Part shown: positions 8,461-18,168 of the stretch, one piece after another | Position numbering within the stretch: the stretch's first letter is position 1 | Layout: each line of letters starts with the position of its first letter | Assembly (NCBI GenBank): GCA_029269845.2 | Contig: CP149973.1 | Coordinates: forward strand, 1,560,001 to 1,592,000 | Origin: Opitutia bacterium KCR 482 | GTDB taxonomy: Bacteria > Verrucomicrobiota > Verrucomicrobiia > Opitutales > Intestinicryptomonadaceae | Length of the DNA: 32,000 nucleotides | Reading direction: 5' to 3' | Program-made: the position numbers and the translations under genes | The notes under the pieces: model-generated | Told to the model about the DNA's origin: nothing | Databases searched by the model: none | Seen by the model: the letters and a program-made list of their open reading frames with translations, nothing else

Positions 8461-9396
8461 ATGAAAAGCGAAAAATTTAAATCACACCTCGTCCGACGCC
8501 TCACTTGGGGCGACCTCGACGAAAAATATCTCGAAAATCTCGTCCGCACGGCTCGCGCCGAGGACATCGAAGGCGCGGGGCTGAAAGTAAAGCCCGCCCG
8601 CTGCGCCGACATCACGACGGCGACGATTACGCCGCGCTCCGAAATAAGGTCGTTTCTCGTCGCCCGACGCGAAATGATTATGTGCGGAATCAACATCATT
8701 CCGATTATCCTCAAAGTCTACGAATCGACGGTTGACGGCGAAACGTGCGCATTCACGCCCTTTGTCTCCGACGGCGACCGCGTTGAAAAGGGCGGGCAAA
8801 TCGGGGAAATTTCGGGGTCTGCCCGCATTATTTTGCAGGCGGAGCGCATAATGCTCAATTTCATTCAGAGGCTTTCGGGCGTGGCGACGGTCACGGCGGA
8901 GTACGTCAAGGCTTTGGGAGATTCCAAGACGCGCCTGCTCGACACCCGCAAGACGACGCCCTGTCTGCGCGTTCTCGAAAAATACGCGTTCGCCTGCGGC
9001 GGCGGTTTCAACCACAGAATAGGGCTGTTCGACCGCGTAATGCTCAAAGACAACCACCTTGTCGCCGCCCGCGCCGTCACGGGCGACATGCTCGCGAACG
9101 CCGTAAGGCTTGCCAAAGACGAAAATCCCGACGTCGCGGTCGAAGTGGAGGTCGATTCGCTTTTGCAAATCCAGCCCGTTCTCGACGCCGACGCCGACGT
9201 AATCATGCTCGACAACTTCTCGTACGCCGATCTCAAAACCGCCGTCGATATGATTGGCGACAAGGCTTGGACGGAGGCTTCGGGGGGCGTCAAACTCGAC
9301 AACATCGGCGCGATTGCCCGCATCGGGCCCGACTTCGTCTCGACCGCCGCGCCCGTGCATTCGGGTCGCTGGATTGACATCGGCTTGGACTCGTAG
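8461..9396 (+). CDS. nadC: Nicotinate-nucleotide diphosphorylase (carboxylating) / quinolinate phosphoribosyltransferase
   Basis: 311 aa. The region ERIMLNFIQRLSGVATVTAEYV...LLDTRKTTPCLRVLEKYAFACGGGFNHRIGLFDRVMLKDNH...IMLDNF...EASGG is characteristic of the NadC TIM-barrel domain. Confidence 0.92.
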   Translation: MKSEKFKSHLVRRLTWGDLDEKYLENLVRTARAEDIEGAGLKVKPARCADITTATITPRSEIRSFLVARREMIMCGINIIPIILKVYESTVDGETCAFTPFVSDGDRVEKGGQIGEISGSARIILQAERIMLNFIQRLSGVATVTAEYVKALGDSKTRLLDTRKTTPCLRVLEKYAFACGGGFNHRIGLFDRVMLKDNHLVAARAVTGDMLANAVRLAKDENPDVAVEVEVDSLLQIQPVLDADADVIMLDNFSYADLKTAVDMIGDKAWTEASGGVKLDNIGAIARIGPDFVSTAAPVHSGRWIDIGLDS

Positions 9397-9415
9397 AATC
9401 TCCGCGCCTTAAACG

Positions 9416-9452
9416 CAAAAAACCGCGCGCCATGCGACGCGCGGTTTTTTTA
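9416..9452. terminator. Bidirectional rho-independent terminator between convergent nadC and the 95-aa gene
   Basis: A 9-bp stem, AACCGCGCG (9421-9429) with CGCGCGGTT (9438-9446), is flanked by an A-run upstream and a T-run downstream. The hairpin therefore works on both strands. Confidence 0.75.
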
Positions 9453-9468
9453 TGGGGCGGGGGAAATT

Positions 9469-9756
9469 TTAGCTGCGCTTGAAAACTACGAGCGCGAAGT
9501 ATTCGGTGTAGTTTTGCTCGCGCTGCACGGAAACGGCAAGAGAGGCGCTCCTTATTTCGAGCTTGTTTTCGAGCGCGTACATTGCAATTTGCTCGTCGAG
9601 TTTTGTGGCGTCGGAGGCTACGAACGATTTTGCAAAAGTCGCCATGTTTTTCTGGGCGGCTTCGAGGTCGAATTTGCTTCCTTTTTTCATTGCCGCCGCG
9701 TCCGCGCAAAATGCGAAAGCGGGAAGCATGGCAAGTATAAGTAGAAAACGTTTCAT
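9469..9756 (-). CDS. Small secreted hypothetical protein (95 aa)
   Basis: It has an N-terminal signal peptide, MKRFLLILAMLPAFAFCADAAA. The mature part is ~70-75 aa with no motif I recognise. Codon usage resembles the neighbouring genes, and its own promoter-like and terminator signals flank it. Confidence 0.6.
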   Translation of the reverse strand: MKRFLLILAMLPAFAFCADAAAMKKGSKFDLEAAQKNMATFAKSFVASDATKLDEQIAMYALENKLEIRSASLAVSVQREQNYTEYFALVVFKRS

Positions 9757-9762
9757 TTTGTC

Positions 9763-9791
9763 ATTGTCTGTTGCCCGCCGATTTTTTGCAA
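9763..9791 (-). promoter_or_regulatory. Candidate leaderless-type promoter of the 95-aa gene
   Basis: The minus strand reads TTGCAA (9791-9786), a 17-nt spacer, GACAAT (9768-9763), then 6 nt (gacaaa) and the ATG (9756-9754). Confidence 0.4.
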
Positions 9792-10056
9792 GACATATTT
9801 ATTTGCGGCGGGCGTGTGCAAAAACGGCGGTTTGCAGTCCGTTTCGCGGGCTTGTTCCCATGCAAACGGTGGTTTGCTCCGCCGTTCGGGGGACGTTTTG
9901 TCGTGCGCGGCTTGCCGTCGGAAAATCGGCATTGCGGCGTTTTCTATCGGAGCTTTGCGTCTCGGTCTGGCGGTACGCCGTGTGCGCGGGCATTAGTTGC
10001 AGTTTGCGCGCAATGGCGTGGGCATTGCTTGCGCATTTCGCGTTTTTATTGGGTGC

Positions 10057-10085
10057 AAAAAAAACGGACTCCCTGCGGTGTCCGT
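10057..10085 (-). terminator. Rho-independent terminator of the PEGA lipoprotein gene
   Basis: The minus strand has ACGGAC-ACCGCAGGGA-GTCCGT followed by TTTTTTTT (the A8 run at 10057-10064 on the plus strand). Confidence 0.7.
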
Positions 10086-10111
10086 TCCTTCGCGAAAATT
10101 TACGTTTCTTG

Positions 10112-10585
10112 TTATTTGTAGAATTCGGTGATTTGCATGAGCAGGTAGCTGTGCTCGTCGCGCGAAATCTTGCCGTCTTTTCTCAACTGGTCTACTTTCA
10201 AAATCGCGCCCGCCATGTCTTCGAAGGGCTTTACGCCTTTCGTCGCGGGGAGGAATGCGGGTTTGAGCGACTGGTTCACGGGGGCGGGCGTCAATTTCTT
10301 GTAGTAGCCCATGTCAACCAGAGGACCGAACTTTACGAGGGGATTGGCGCGAACCGAGGCGAGGCTGACCGTCTGGTCTTTATAGCCTTCCTTTACGAGC
10401 TTGATTTCGTAGACGCTTTTGGTGTCGAGCGAGAGGACTGTGGGGGTTTGTCCTGCAAGTTCGCCGTTGACGAACACTTTTGCGCCCGACGGAATGCTGT
10501 CTACCGAAACGTCTTCCGTGAACGTCATTGTGGAGCATGCCGAAAGAAGTGCTGCTGTAAACGAAAGAAGGAGTATTTTTTTCAT
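10112..10585 (-). CDS. PEGA domain lipoprotein with a SHOCT-like C-terminal helix
   Basis: I prefer the start MKKILLLSFTAALLSAC (ATG at 10585-10583), which gives a lipobox LSAC. A PEGA-like beta domain follows (VDSIPSGAKVFVNGELAGQTPTVLSLDTKSVYEIKLVKEGYKDQTVSL). The C-terminus ILKVDQLRKDGKISRDEHSYLLMQI resembles the SHOCT motif. The track's longer ORF, starting at 10636, only adds a non-signal extension. Confidence 0.7.
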   Translation of the reverse strand: MKKILLLSFTAALLSACSTMTFTEDVSVDSIPSGAKVFVNGELAGQTPTVLSLDTKSVYEIKLVKEGYKDQTVSLASVRANPLVKFGPLVDMGYYKKLTPAPVNQSLKPAFLPATKGVKPFEDMAGAILKVDQLRKDGKISRDEHSYLLMQITEFYK

Positions 10586-10692
10586 AAAGGGTTTTGTTGT
10601 AGATTTATTGCGGTTGATTGGTTGACAATGTGCCATTCATTTTGTGTTCAGTCAAGCTTTTTGCTTAAAAAAACGCTAAAATGTCGGTTTTA

Positions 10693-11493
10693 TTACAGTT
10701 TGGACAGCTCTTTTGAGCGTTTTTCTGCGGCTTTGAGCGCGTCGGCGACCGTTTTGCGGAAGCCGCTCTTTTCGAAAACGTCGAGAGCCGCGAGCGTCGT
10801 ACCCCCCGGGCTTGACACCGCGATTCGCAGTTCGTCCGCGCTCAGGGGCGATTTTTCGAGCAACACCGCCGAGCCTAGGAGCGTGCGTTCGACGAGTTTT
10901 TTTGCCTCTTCGTCCGAAAAGCCTATTTCCCTTGCGCCGGCAATCATTGCCGCGGCGAATTCGAAGATGTAGCCCGGGCCGCTTCCCGAAAGCGCGGTTA
11001 CGGCGTCGAGACGCGCCTCCTCTATTTCCATGTATTCGCCGATTGCAGAAAGCACCGTGTCTACCGTTTTCTTTTCGTCGTCCGCAAGGGGCGATTCGGG
11101 CGCGTAGCACGAGATTCCCAGCGAAATTTGCGCGGGCATGTTCGGCATTACCCTCACGATTTTCCCGACGTTCGGGAAGCACTCGCGCAGGCGGGCAATC
11201 GAAGTTCCCGCGAGAATCGACACAAGCACCTTGCTCTTTGCCGACTTCCCCGCCGCCGCAACGTCTTTGAGCTGCTGGGGCTTGCACGCGGCGACAATCG
11301 TTTCGGACTGCGCGAAGAGCGATTCGAGGCTGTCGGCGAGCGCAATCGACGTTTCCGCCGAGAGTTTTTTGCCCGTGTCGTCGTTGCCGCACGAGCACGC
11401 CACTTCGGCGGCGGACACCTTGCCGCTCGCCAAAATTCCGTGGATAATTGCGCCTGCCATTTTGCCTGCGCCTATGAAGCCGAATTTTTTCAT
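10693..11493 (-). CDS. proC: Pyrroline-5-carboxylate reductase
   Basis: 266 aa. It has an N-terminal Rossmann motif, MKKFGFIGAGKMAGAII, and a C-terminal dimerisation domain with SPGGTTLAAL. Confidence 0.92.
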   Translation of the reverse strand: MKKFGFIGAGKMAGAIIHGILASGKVSAAEVACSCGNDDTGKKLSAETSIALADSLESLFAQSETIVAACKPQQLKDVAAAGKSAKSKVLVSILAGTSIARLRECFPNVGKIVRVMPNMPAQISLGISCYAPESPLADDEKKTVDTVLSAIGEYMEIEEARLDAVTALSGSGPGYIFEFAAAMIAGAREIGFSDEEAKKLVERTLLGSAVLLEKSPLSADELRIAVSSPGGTTLAALDVFEKSGFRKTVADALKAAEKRSKELSKL

Positions 11494-11505
11494 TCTTTTA
11501 TGCGA

Positions 11506-12636
11506 TTAAAGTTGTTTTACAAATTCCTTCGCCAAGTGCGATAGGAATTTCGGCGCCCTGTTTTGCGCCTCAACGAGGTTCGGGGCGAGGGGCAGAATCT
11601 GCCCGATTTTCGCGTTGGGGATTCCCATTTCGTCGATGTCCTTTTGCGAGAGCGTGGAAGAGCCGCAGAAAATCCACACGGGTTTTTTGTGTTTCGCCGC
11701 GAGTTTCGCGAGCGCGTACGGGCCTTTGCCCTGCTTGTCGGTCGCGTCGAAGACGCCTTCGCCCGTGATTACGATGTTCGAGTTTTTCACCGCCGTTTCG
11801 AGGTCGGCGTATTTTGCGAACAGCTCGAAGCCGCTCACGCGCTTGGCGTTTAGAAAGGTCATCAAACCGTATCCGCAGCCGCCCGCCGAGCCTGCGCCCG
11901 CCTGTTCGTGCGCGCTTTTGCCGACGCATTTTTTTGCGACTTCCGTGAGGCGTTTCATGTTCCGTTCGAGAGCCTCCGCCTGTTCTTTCGTCGCGCCCTT
12001 TTGTTCTGCGTAGGCGAGAGCCGCGCCCGTCTTGCCGAGCAGCGGGTTGCCGACGTCGGTCGCAACGACGAACTTTGTTGAAAACTTCTTTTCGGGCGGC
12101 ACGATTTTATCGAGCTTCGCAAGCCCCTCGCCAGTCGGTTCGATGTCTTTGCCGTCCTTGTCCAAAAATTTGAAGCCGAGGGGAATGAGAAGCCCTATGC
12201 CGCCGTCGTTTGTCGCGCTTCCGCCGACGCCCACGATAATCGTTTTGTAGCCGCGTTCGACGAGTTTTTCGAGAATCTGTCCCGAACCTATGTTCGTAAG
12301 CTTTGCGGGGTTGCGCTCCTGCTCCGAAACGAGGTTGATTCCCGACGCCTCCGTAAGCCCTACAAGAGCCGTGGATTCGTCAAGCAGGGCGCATTTTGCC
12401 GTGAGCACCTGCCCCGTGGGGTCGATAGTTTTGAGCCTTATGACCTTAGAGCCTTTTATTGCCTTCGAAACTGTGTCTACAAAGCCGTCGCCGCCGTCGG
12501 TGAGCGTGTATTCGGAAATCTGGGCGTCTTTCGATTCGGCGAGAATCCCCATTTTTATGGCGTGCGCAGCCTGACTCGCCGAGAGCGAGCCGCGGAATTT
12601 ATCGGGTGCTACCAAGAATTTCAGTGTTTTGCTCAT
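11506..12636 (-). CDS. Glycerate kinase (GlxK/GarK family)
   Basis: 376 aa. It has LVAPDKFRGSLSASQAA near the N-terminus, TDGGDGFVD, and a C-terminal ITGEGVFDATDKQGKGP, all family hallmarks. Confidence 0.88.
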   Translation of the reverse strand: MSKTLKFLVAPDKFRGSLSASQAAHAIKMGILAESKDAQISEYTLTDGGDGFVDTVSKAIKGSKVIRLKTIDPTGQVLTAKCALLDESTALVGLTEASGINLVSEQERNPAKLTNIGSGQILEKLVERGYKTIIVGVGGSATNDGGIGLLIPLGFKFLDKDGKDIEPTGEGLAKLDKIVPPEKKFSTKFVVATDVGNPLLGKTGAALAYAEQKGATKEQAEALERNMKRLTEVAKKCVGKSAHEQAGAGSAGGCGYGLMTFLNAKRVSGFELFAKYADLETAVKNSNIVITGEGVFDATDKQGKGPYALAKLAAKHKKPVWIFCGSSTLSQKDIDEMGIPNAKIGQILPLAPNLVEAQNRAPKFLSHLAKEFVKQL

Positions 12637-12897
12637 GATAAGTAATGCTGTAATTTTTTAGAATTATGGGAAATTCCAACTAACCGCCATTATTTCTATA
12701 ATTTCAAAAAAATCACTTAAAGGCAATTATTTTTTTATCCGCGCGGTCATTTTTTTGAACAAGCGGCGGTTGCTTCGCGTCTCCCCGCGCCGAATCGCGG
12801 GCAAAGCGACGGGGCGGGACGCGGATAAAGGGCGTCGCCGAATTTGCGCCGCCGTTTGGGTTTTCGTCTGTTTTTGTTTAAAAACTTTAAAATATGC

Positions 12898-12926
12898 TTG
12901 CAATCGGCGCGGGGCTTCCTATGAAT
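12898..12926 (+). promoter_or_regulatory. Candidate promoter of rhaA (near-leaderless)
   Basis: TTGCAA (12898-12903), a 17-nt spacer, ATGAAT (12921-12926), then 9 nt and the ATG at 12936. Confidence 0.35.
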
Positions 12927-12935
12927 TTTTGTCAT

Positions 12936-14186
12936 ATGGCAAACACTTATAAAGACGCAAAAGAACAGTACGCCAAGTTCGGGGTAGACACCGAAAAGGC
13001 GATTCAAATTCTCGATTCCATTCCGCTTTCCATGCACTGCTGGCAGGGCGACGACGTGTGCGGCTTCGAAACTCCCGACGCGGGTCTTTCGGGCGACGGC
13101 ATTCAGGCTACGGGCAACTACCCCGGCAAGGCTCGCAATCCCGACGAACTCCGCGCCGACATCGACGAAGCCGTAAAATATATCCCCGGAAAAATCCGTC
13201 TCAACCTACACGCAATCTACGGCGAATTCGGCGGCAAAAAGGTTGAGCGCAACAAAATCGGCTACGAAAATTTCAAGGGCTGGGTAGACTGGTGCAAGTC
13301 GCGCAAAATGGGCATAGACTTCAACCCGACGTATTTCTCGCACCCGCTCGTAAAAGACGGCATGACGCTTTCAAGCCCCGACAAGGGCGTGCGCCAGTAC
13401 TGGGTTGAGCACGGCATTGCGTGCCGCAAAATCGCCGAAAGAATCGGCAAGGAACTCGGCGACACCGTAATCACGAACTTCTGGATGCCCGACGGCATGA
13501 AGGACATGCCCGCCGACAGGCTCGCGCCCCGCGAACGCATGGCGGACTCTCTCGACAAGATTTTCAAGGTCAAAATCTCGAAGAAATACAACAAGGATTC
13601 CTTCGAAAGCAAGCTCTTCGGCATCGGCAGCGAAAGCTACGTCGTAGGCTCGCACGAATTCGTAATGGGCTATGCGGTAAAGAACGGCATTCTCATCACT
13701 TTCGACTCCGGGCACTTCCACCCGACCGAAACGATTGCCGACAAAATCTCCTCGGCTCTCCTTTTCGTCCCCGAACTCCTCCTGCACGTCTCTCGCGGCG
13801 TAAGGTGGGACAGCGACCACGTCGTGCTTTTCGACGACAACACCACGGCAATCATGCAGGAAATCGTCCGCACGAACGCAATCGACAAGGTGCACATCGG
13901 CATGGACTACTTCGACGCGTCGATTAACCGCATTTTCGCGTGGGCTCTCGGCATGCGCGCCGCCCGCAAAGCTCTGCTCTACGCTCTGCTCGAGCCCGTA
14001 GCGATGATGCGCAAGGCGGAAAACGACGTCGATTTCGGCATGCGCCTCGCCCTCATGGAGGAATCGCGCACGCTTCCGTTCGCCGACGTTTGGGCGGAAT
14101 ACTGCAAGCGCAGCGGCAAGCCCTGCGGCTTGAAGATGGTTGAAGGCATCAAGAAGTACGAACAGAAAGTGCTTTCGAAGCGTTAA
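12936..14186 (+). CDS. rhaA: L-rhamnose isomerase
   Basis: I prefer the start MANTYKDAKEQYAKFGVD...PLSMHCWQGDDVCGFE. This matches the conserved RhaA N-terminal SMHCWQGDD block at the expected distance from the N-terminus. The protein is ~416 aa with a TIM-barrel-like remainder (HFHPTE, WDSDHVV). Confidence 0.9.
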   Translation: MANTYKDAKEQYAKFGVDTEKAIQILDSIPLSMHCWQGDDVCGFETPDAGLSGDGIQATGNYPGKARNPDELRADIDEAVKYIPGKIRLNLHAIYGEFGGKKVERNKIGYENFKGWVDWCKSRKMGIDFNPTYFSHPLVKDGMTLSSPDKGVRQYWVEHGIACRKIAERIGKELGDTVITNFWMPDGMKDMPADRLAPRERMADSLDKIFKVKISKKYNKDSFESKLFGIGSESYVVGSHEFVMGYAVKNGILITFDSGHFHPTETIADKISSALLFVPELLLHVSRGVRWDSDHVVLFDDNTTAIMQEIVRTNAIDKVHIGMDYFDASINRIFAWALGMRAARKALLYALLEPVAMMRKAENDVDFGMRLALMEESRTLPFADVWAEYCKRSGKPCGLKMVEGIKKYEQKVLSKR

Positions 14187-14204
14187 TTGTCCGGATTTTC
14201 CGCG

Positions 14205-14236
14205 AACCGCCGACATTCTCGGCGGTTTGTTTTTTT
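14205..14236 (+). terminator. Strong intrinsic terminator between rhaA and rhaT
   Basis: A perfect 9-bp stem, AACCGCCGA (14205-14213) with TCGGCGGTT (14219-14227), encloses the loop CATTC and is followed by TGTTTTTTT. Confidence 0.75.
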
Positions 14237-14282
14237 CAACCCCGTGCGCCGCTTTCGGCGCGAAAACAAAAGGAGACAACAA

Positions 14283-15320
14283 ATGGATTCGTTTTACGGA
14301 ATTATGCTTTTTGCGCTCGCGGGCTTTGTGTCGGCGGCGTTCTACACACCGCTCAAATACGTCAAGTGGAAGTGGGAGGTAATGTGGATATTCTGGTCGC
14401 TTGCGGCTCTCATCATTTGCCCGACGCTTATCGCAAGCTTCGCAATCCCCAGCTGCTGGCAGGCGATAGGGGAGGTCGAGTTCGACACAATTATCTGGAC
14501 ATTCGTCTACGGCGCGCTTTGGGGCGTCGGCGGGCTTACGTTCGGGCTTTCGATGCGCTATTTGGGAATCGGCTTGGGCACGGCGGTCGCCCTCGGCTTC
14601 TGCGCGTTGGTGGGAACGCTAATTCCGCCGATTAAGTCGGGCAAGATTCTCGAAATCGCCTCCGACCGCGCGGGGCTTCTGGTGCTCATAGGCGTGTTCA
14701 TTTGCGCGCTGGGAATAGCAATAAACGGCGTTGCGGGCATGATGAAAGAGCGCGACGCAAAGGCGGCGGGCGCGGACGGCGGCTCGTCGGAATTCAGCCT
14801 TGCGAAGGGCTTTGCCGTGGCGATTGTAGCGGGCTTTCTGAGCGCGTGCATGTCGCTTTCAATGGACGCGGGCAAGCCGATTGCCGAAAAGGCGAAGGCT
14901 CTTGCCGCGATAGACCCAGCGCAGGCGGAGCTTTTCAAAAACAGCGCAATCCTCATAATCACGCTCGTCGGCGGCTTTGCCACGAATTTCGCGTGGTGTC
15001 TGTTCCTTTCCTTTAAAAACAAAAGCTTTGCCGACGCCAAGGCGGCGGGCGCGGGCAGGGGGATTGTCTACATGCTTCTGTGCGCTCTGGGCGGTCTGCT
15101 CTGGTACTGCCAGTTCTTCCTCTACGGCATGGGGCAGACGAAACTTTCGGAGCAGTACGCGTTTGCAAGCTGGGCTATTCTGATGGCGTTTGTAATCGTG
15201 TTCGCGGGCGTAATCGGGCTGCTTATCGGCGAATGGAAAGGCTCGTCCAAGCTCACAAAGGCGGTGCTTTGGCTCGGCATTCTGGTTCTTGCTGCGTCCA
15301 CGTTCGTGATGTCGATATAA
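14283..15320 (+). CDS. rhaT: L-rhamnose/proton symporter (RhaT family, 10-TM DMT-type)
   Basis: The start MDSFYGIMLFALAGFVSAAFYTPLKYVKWKWEVMW is preceded by the only clear SD in the window (AAGGAG, 8 nt upstream). The protein is polytopic and shows the RhaT-like repeat GVGGLTFGLSMRYLGIGLG. The track's N-terminal extension, starting at 14187, covers the terminator and is Arg-rich noise. Confidence 0.85.
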   Translation: MDSFYGIMLFALAGFVSAAFYTPLKYVKWKWEVMWIFWSLAALIICPTLIASFAIPSCWQAIGEVEFDTIIWTFVYGALWGVGGLTFGLSMRYLGIGLGTAVALGFCALVGTLIPPIKSGKILEIASDRAGLLVLIGVFICALGIAINGVAGMMKERDAKAAGADGGSSEFSLAKGFAVAIVAGFLSACMSLSMDAGKPIAEKAKALAAIDPAQAELFKNSAILIITLVGGFATNFAWCLFLSFKNKSFADAKAAGAGRGIVYMLLCALGGLLWYCQFFLYGMGQTKLSEQYAFASWAILMAFVIVFAGVIGLLIGEWKGSSKLTKAVLWLGILVLAASTFVMSI

Positions 15321-15369
15321 CGAAGTTAACACATTGACGCCCGACTCTTGTTCGTGGCTTGCGAAACTC

Positions 15370-15397
15370 GGCGCGGATACCTGTCCGCGCCTTTTTG
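15370..15397 (+). terminator. Rho-independent terminator after rhaT
   Basis: An 8-bp stem, GGCGCGGA (15370-15377) with TCCGCGCC (15384-15391), encloses the loop TACCTG and is followed by TTTTTG. Confidence 0.75.
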
Positions 15398-15540
15398 TTT
15401 GCGGGCAAAAACGCGCTTTGCGGCGGCTTTGCGCGGGCGGGCTGTCCGACTTTCTCCGCGGACGGCTTCCGCTTTGCAATAGCCGAAATTTCAATGTGTT
15501 GTAAATTTATGGGAAAAATTTTTACGAATAGTGTTGCCAT

Positions 15541-15561
15541 ACCCGCTCCTTTCGGGTTTTT
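15541..15561 (+). promoter_or_regulatory. Small leader hairpin plus U-run just upstream of pyrG (possible attenuator)
   Basis: The stem ACCCG pairs with CGGGT around the loop CTCCTTT, followed by TTTTTAATT, ending 15 nt before the pyrG ATG. A candidate promoter, TTGTAA (15499-15504)-N18-TACGAA, lies upstream. Confidence 0.3.
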
Positions 15562-15567
15562 AATTAA

Positions 15568-17184
<1,617 letters not shown>

Positions 17185-17985
17185 ATGATTTTTCAGGACG
17201 GAAAACTTCTTCTTATCGCGGGACCGTGCTCTCTGGAATGCAGGGAGCTTAGCTTCCGCGTGGCGGAGCGCGTGGCGGCGGTCGCCGAAAAATTCGCCGA
17301 CTCGCTCACGGTTCTCTTCAAGGGCAGCTTCGACAAGGCAAACCGCACAAGCCTTTCAAGCCCGCGCGGGCCGGGAATCGACGAGGGGCTGAAAATCCTC
17401 GCCGATGTCCGCAAAACGTTCGGACTTCCCGTGATTACAGACGTTCACGAATCCGCCCAGTGCGCGAAAATCGGCGAAGTCTGCGACGCCCTCCAAATTC
17501 CCGCGTTCCTCTGCCGTCAGACCGACCTCCTTGTGGCGGCGGCAAAAACGGGCAAATGCGTGAACGTCAAAAAGGGGCAGTTCCTCTCGCCCTACGACAT
17601 GAAATACGCCGTGGCGAAACTGCGCGACGCGGGGGCTTCGGAAGTCTGGCAGACAGAGCGCGGAACGACCTTCGGCTACGGAAACCTCGTGGTGGATATG
17701 CGCTCGTTCTCGATAATGGCGCAAAACGGAACGCCCACTATCATGGACGCAACGCATTCGACCCAGCTCCCCGGAGCGGGCAACGGCGTAAGCGGCGGCG
17801 AGCGCAAATACGCGGAAATCCTCGCGCGGGCGGCAGTAGCGGCGGGCGCGGACGGTCTGTTTATCGAAACGCACCCCGAACCCGAAAAAGCTCTTTCGGA
17901 CGCGGCGACACAGCTCCCGCTCGACAGGCTCGAACACCTCGTGGAGTCGTGCCTTGCAATCCGCGCGGCATTGGGCAAAGCCTAA
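17185..17985 (+). CDS. kdsA: 3-deoxy-8-phosphooctulonate (KDO-8-P) synthase
   Basis: 266 aa. It has [31 protein letters not shown] and DATHS motifs. Its ATG directly abuts the pyrG TAG, so the two are co-transcribed. Confidence 0.93.
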   Translation: MIFQDGKLLLIAGPCSLECRELSFRVAERVAAVAEKFADSLTVLFKGSFDKANRTSLSSPRGPGIDEGLKILADVRKTFGLPVITDVHESAQCAKIGEVCDALQIPAFLCRQTDLLVAAAKTGKCVNVKKGQFLSPYDMKYAVAKLRDAGASEVWQTERGTTFGYGNLVVDMRSFSIMAQNGTPTIMDATHSTQLPGAGNGVSGGERKYAEILARAAVAAGADGLFIETHPEPEKALSDAATQLPLDRLEHLVESCLAIRAALGKA

Positions 17986-18013
17986 AAAAACGCCGAATTT
18001 TCTTTTCAACGCG

Positions 18014-18046
18014 CCCTGCGGAACTCCTTTCGCGGGGTATTTTTTT
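18014..18046 (+). terminator. Rho-independent terminator after kdsA
   Basis: A 7-bp stem, CCCTGCG (18014-18020) with CGCGGGG (18031-18037), includes one G-U pair and encloses a 10-nt loop. It is followed by TATTTTTTT. Confidence 0.65.
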
Positions 18047-18168
18047 GTAGGCAAACTTCGACAGTTTCTGAAAGTAAACTGTTTACCAAATTTCTCCAAA
18101 AATATGTTGTAAAATGCGGGCGCGTCGAAAAAATAGCTTCATCAAAAGTCAACTCGATATAGCTATAT

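Noticed and set aside
9563-10972. A 469-aa plus-strand ORF.
   Set aside because: It runs antisense through the 95-aa gene, a 300-bp non-coding region, the PEGA lipoprotein gene and part of proC. Its composition is Cys/Arg/Phe-rich nonsense with no motifs.
14187-14282. An N-terminal extension of rhaT, taken from the track ORF that starts at 14187.
   Set aside because: It covers the intrinsic terminator and a second hairpin and is Arg-rich. The ATG at 14283 has a proper AAGGAG SD and yields a canonical first TM.
15396-15480. Repeated CTTTGC(G/A) words in several spacers (15396-15480, 4780-4990 and 9780-10040), considered as a shared regulatory motif.
   Set aside because: The word is short, irregularly spaced and compatible with the local T-run plus GC compositional bias. 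Only the palindromic TGCAAA/TTTGCA units at 9817-9878 seemed worth reporting.
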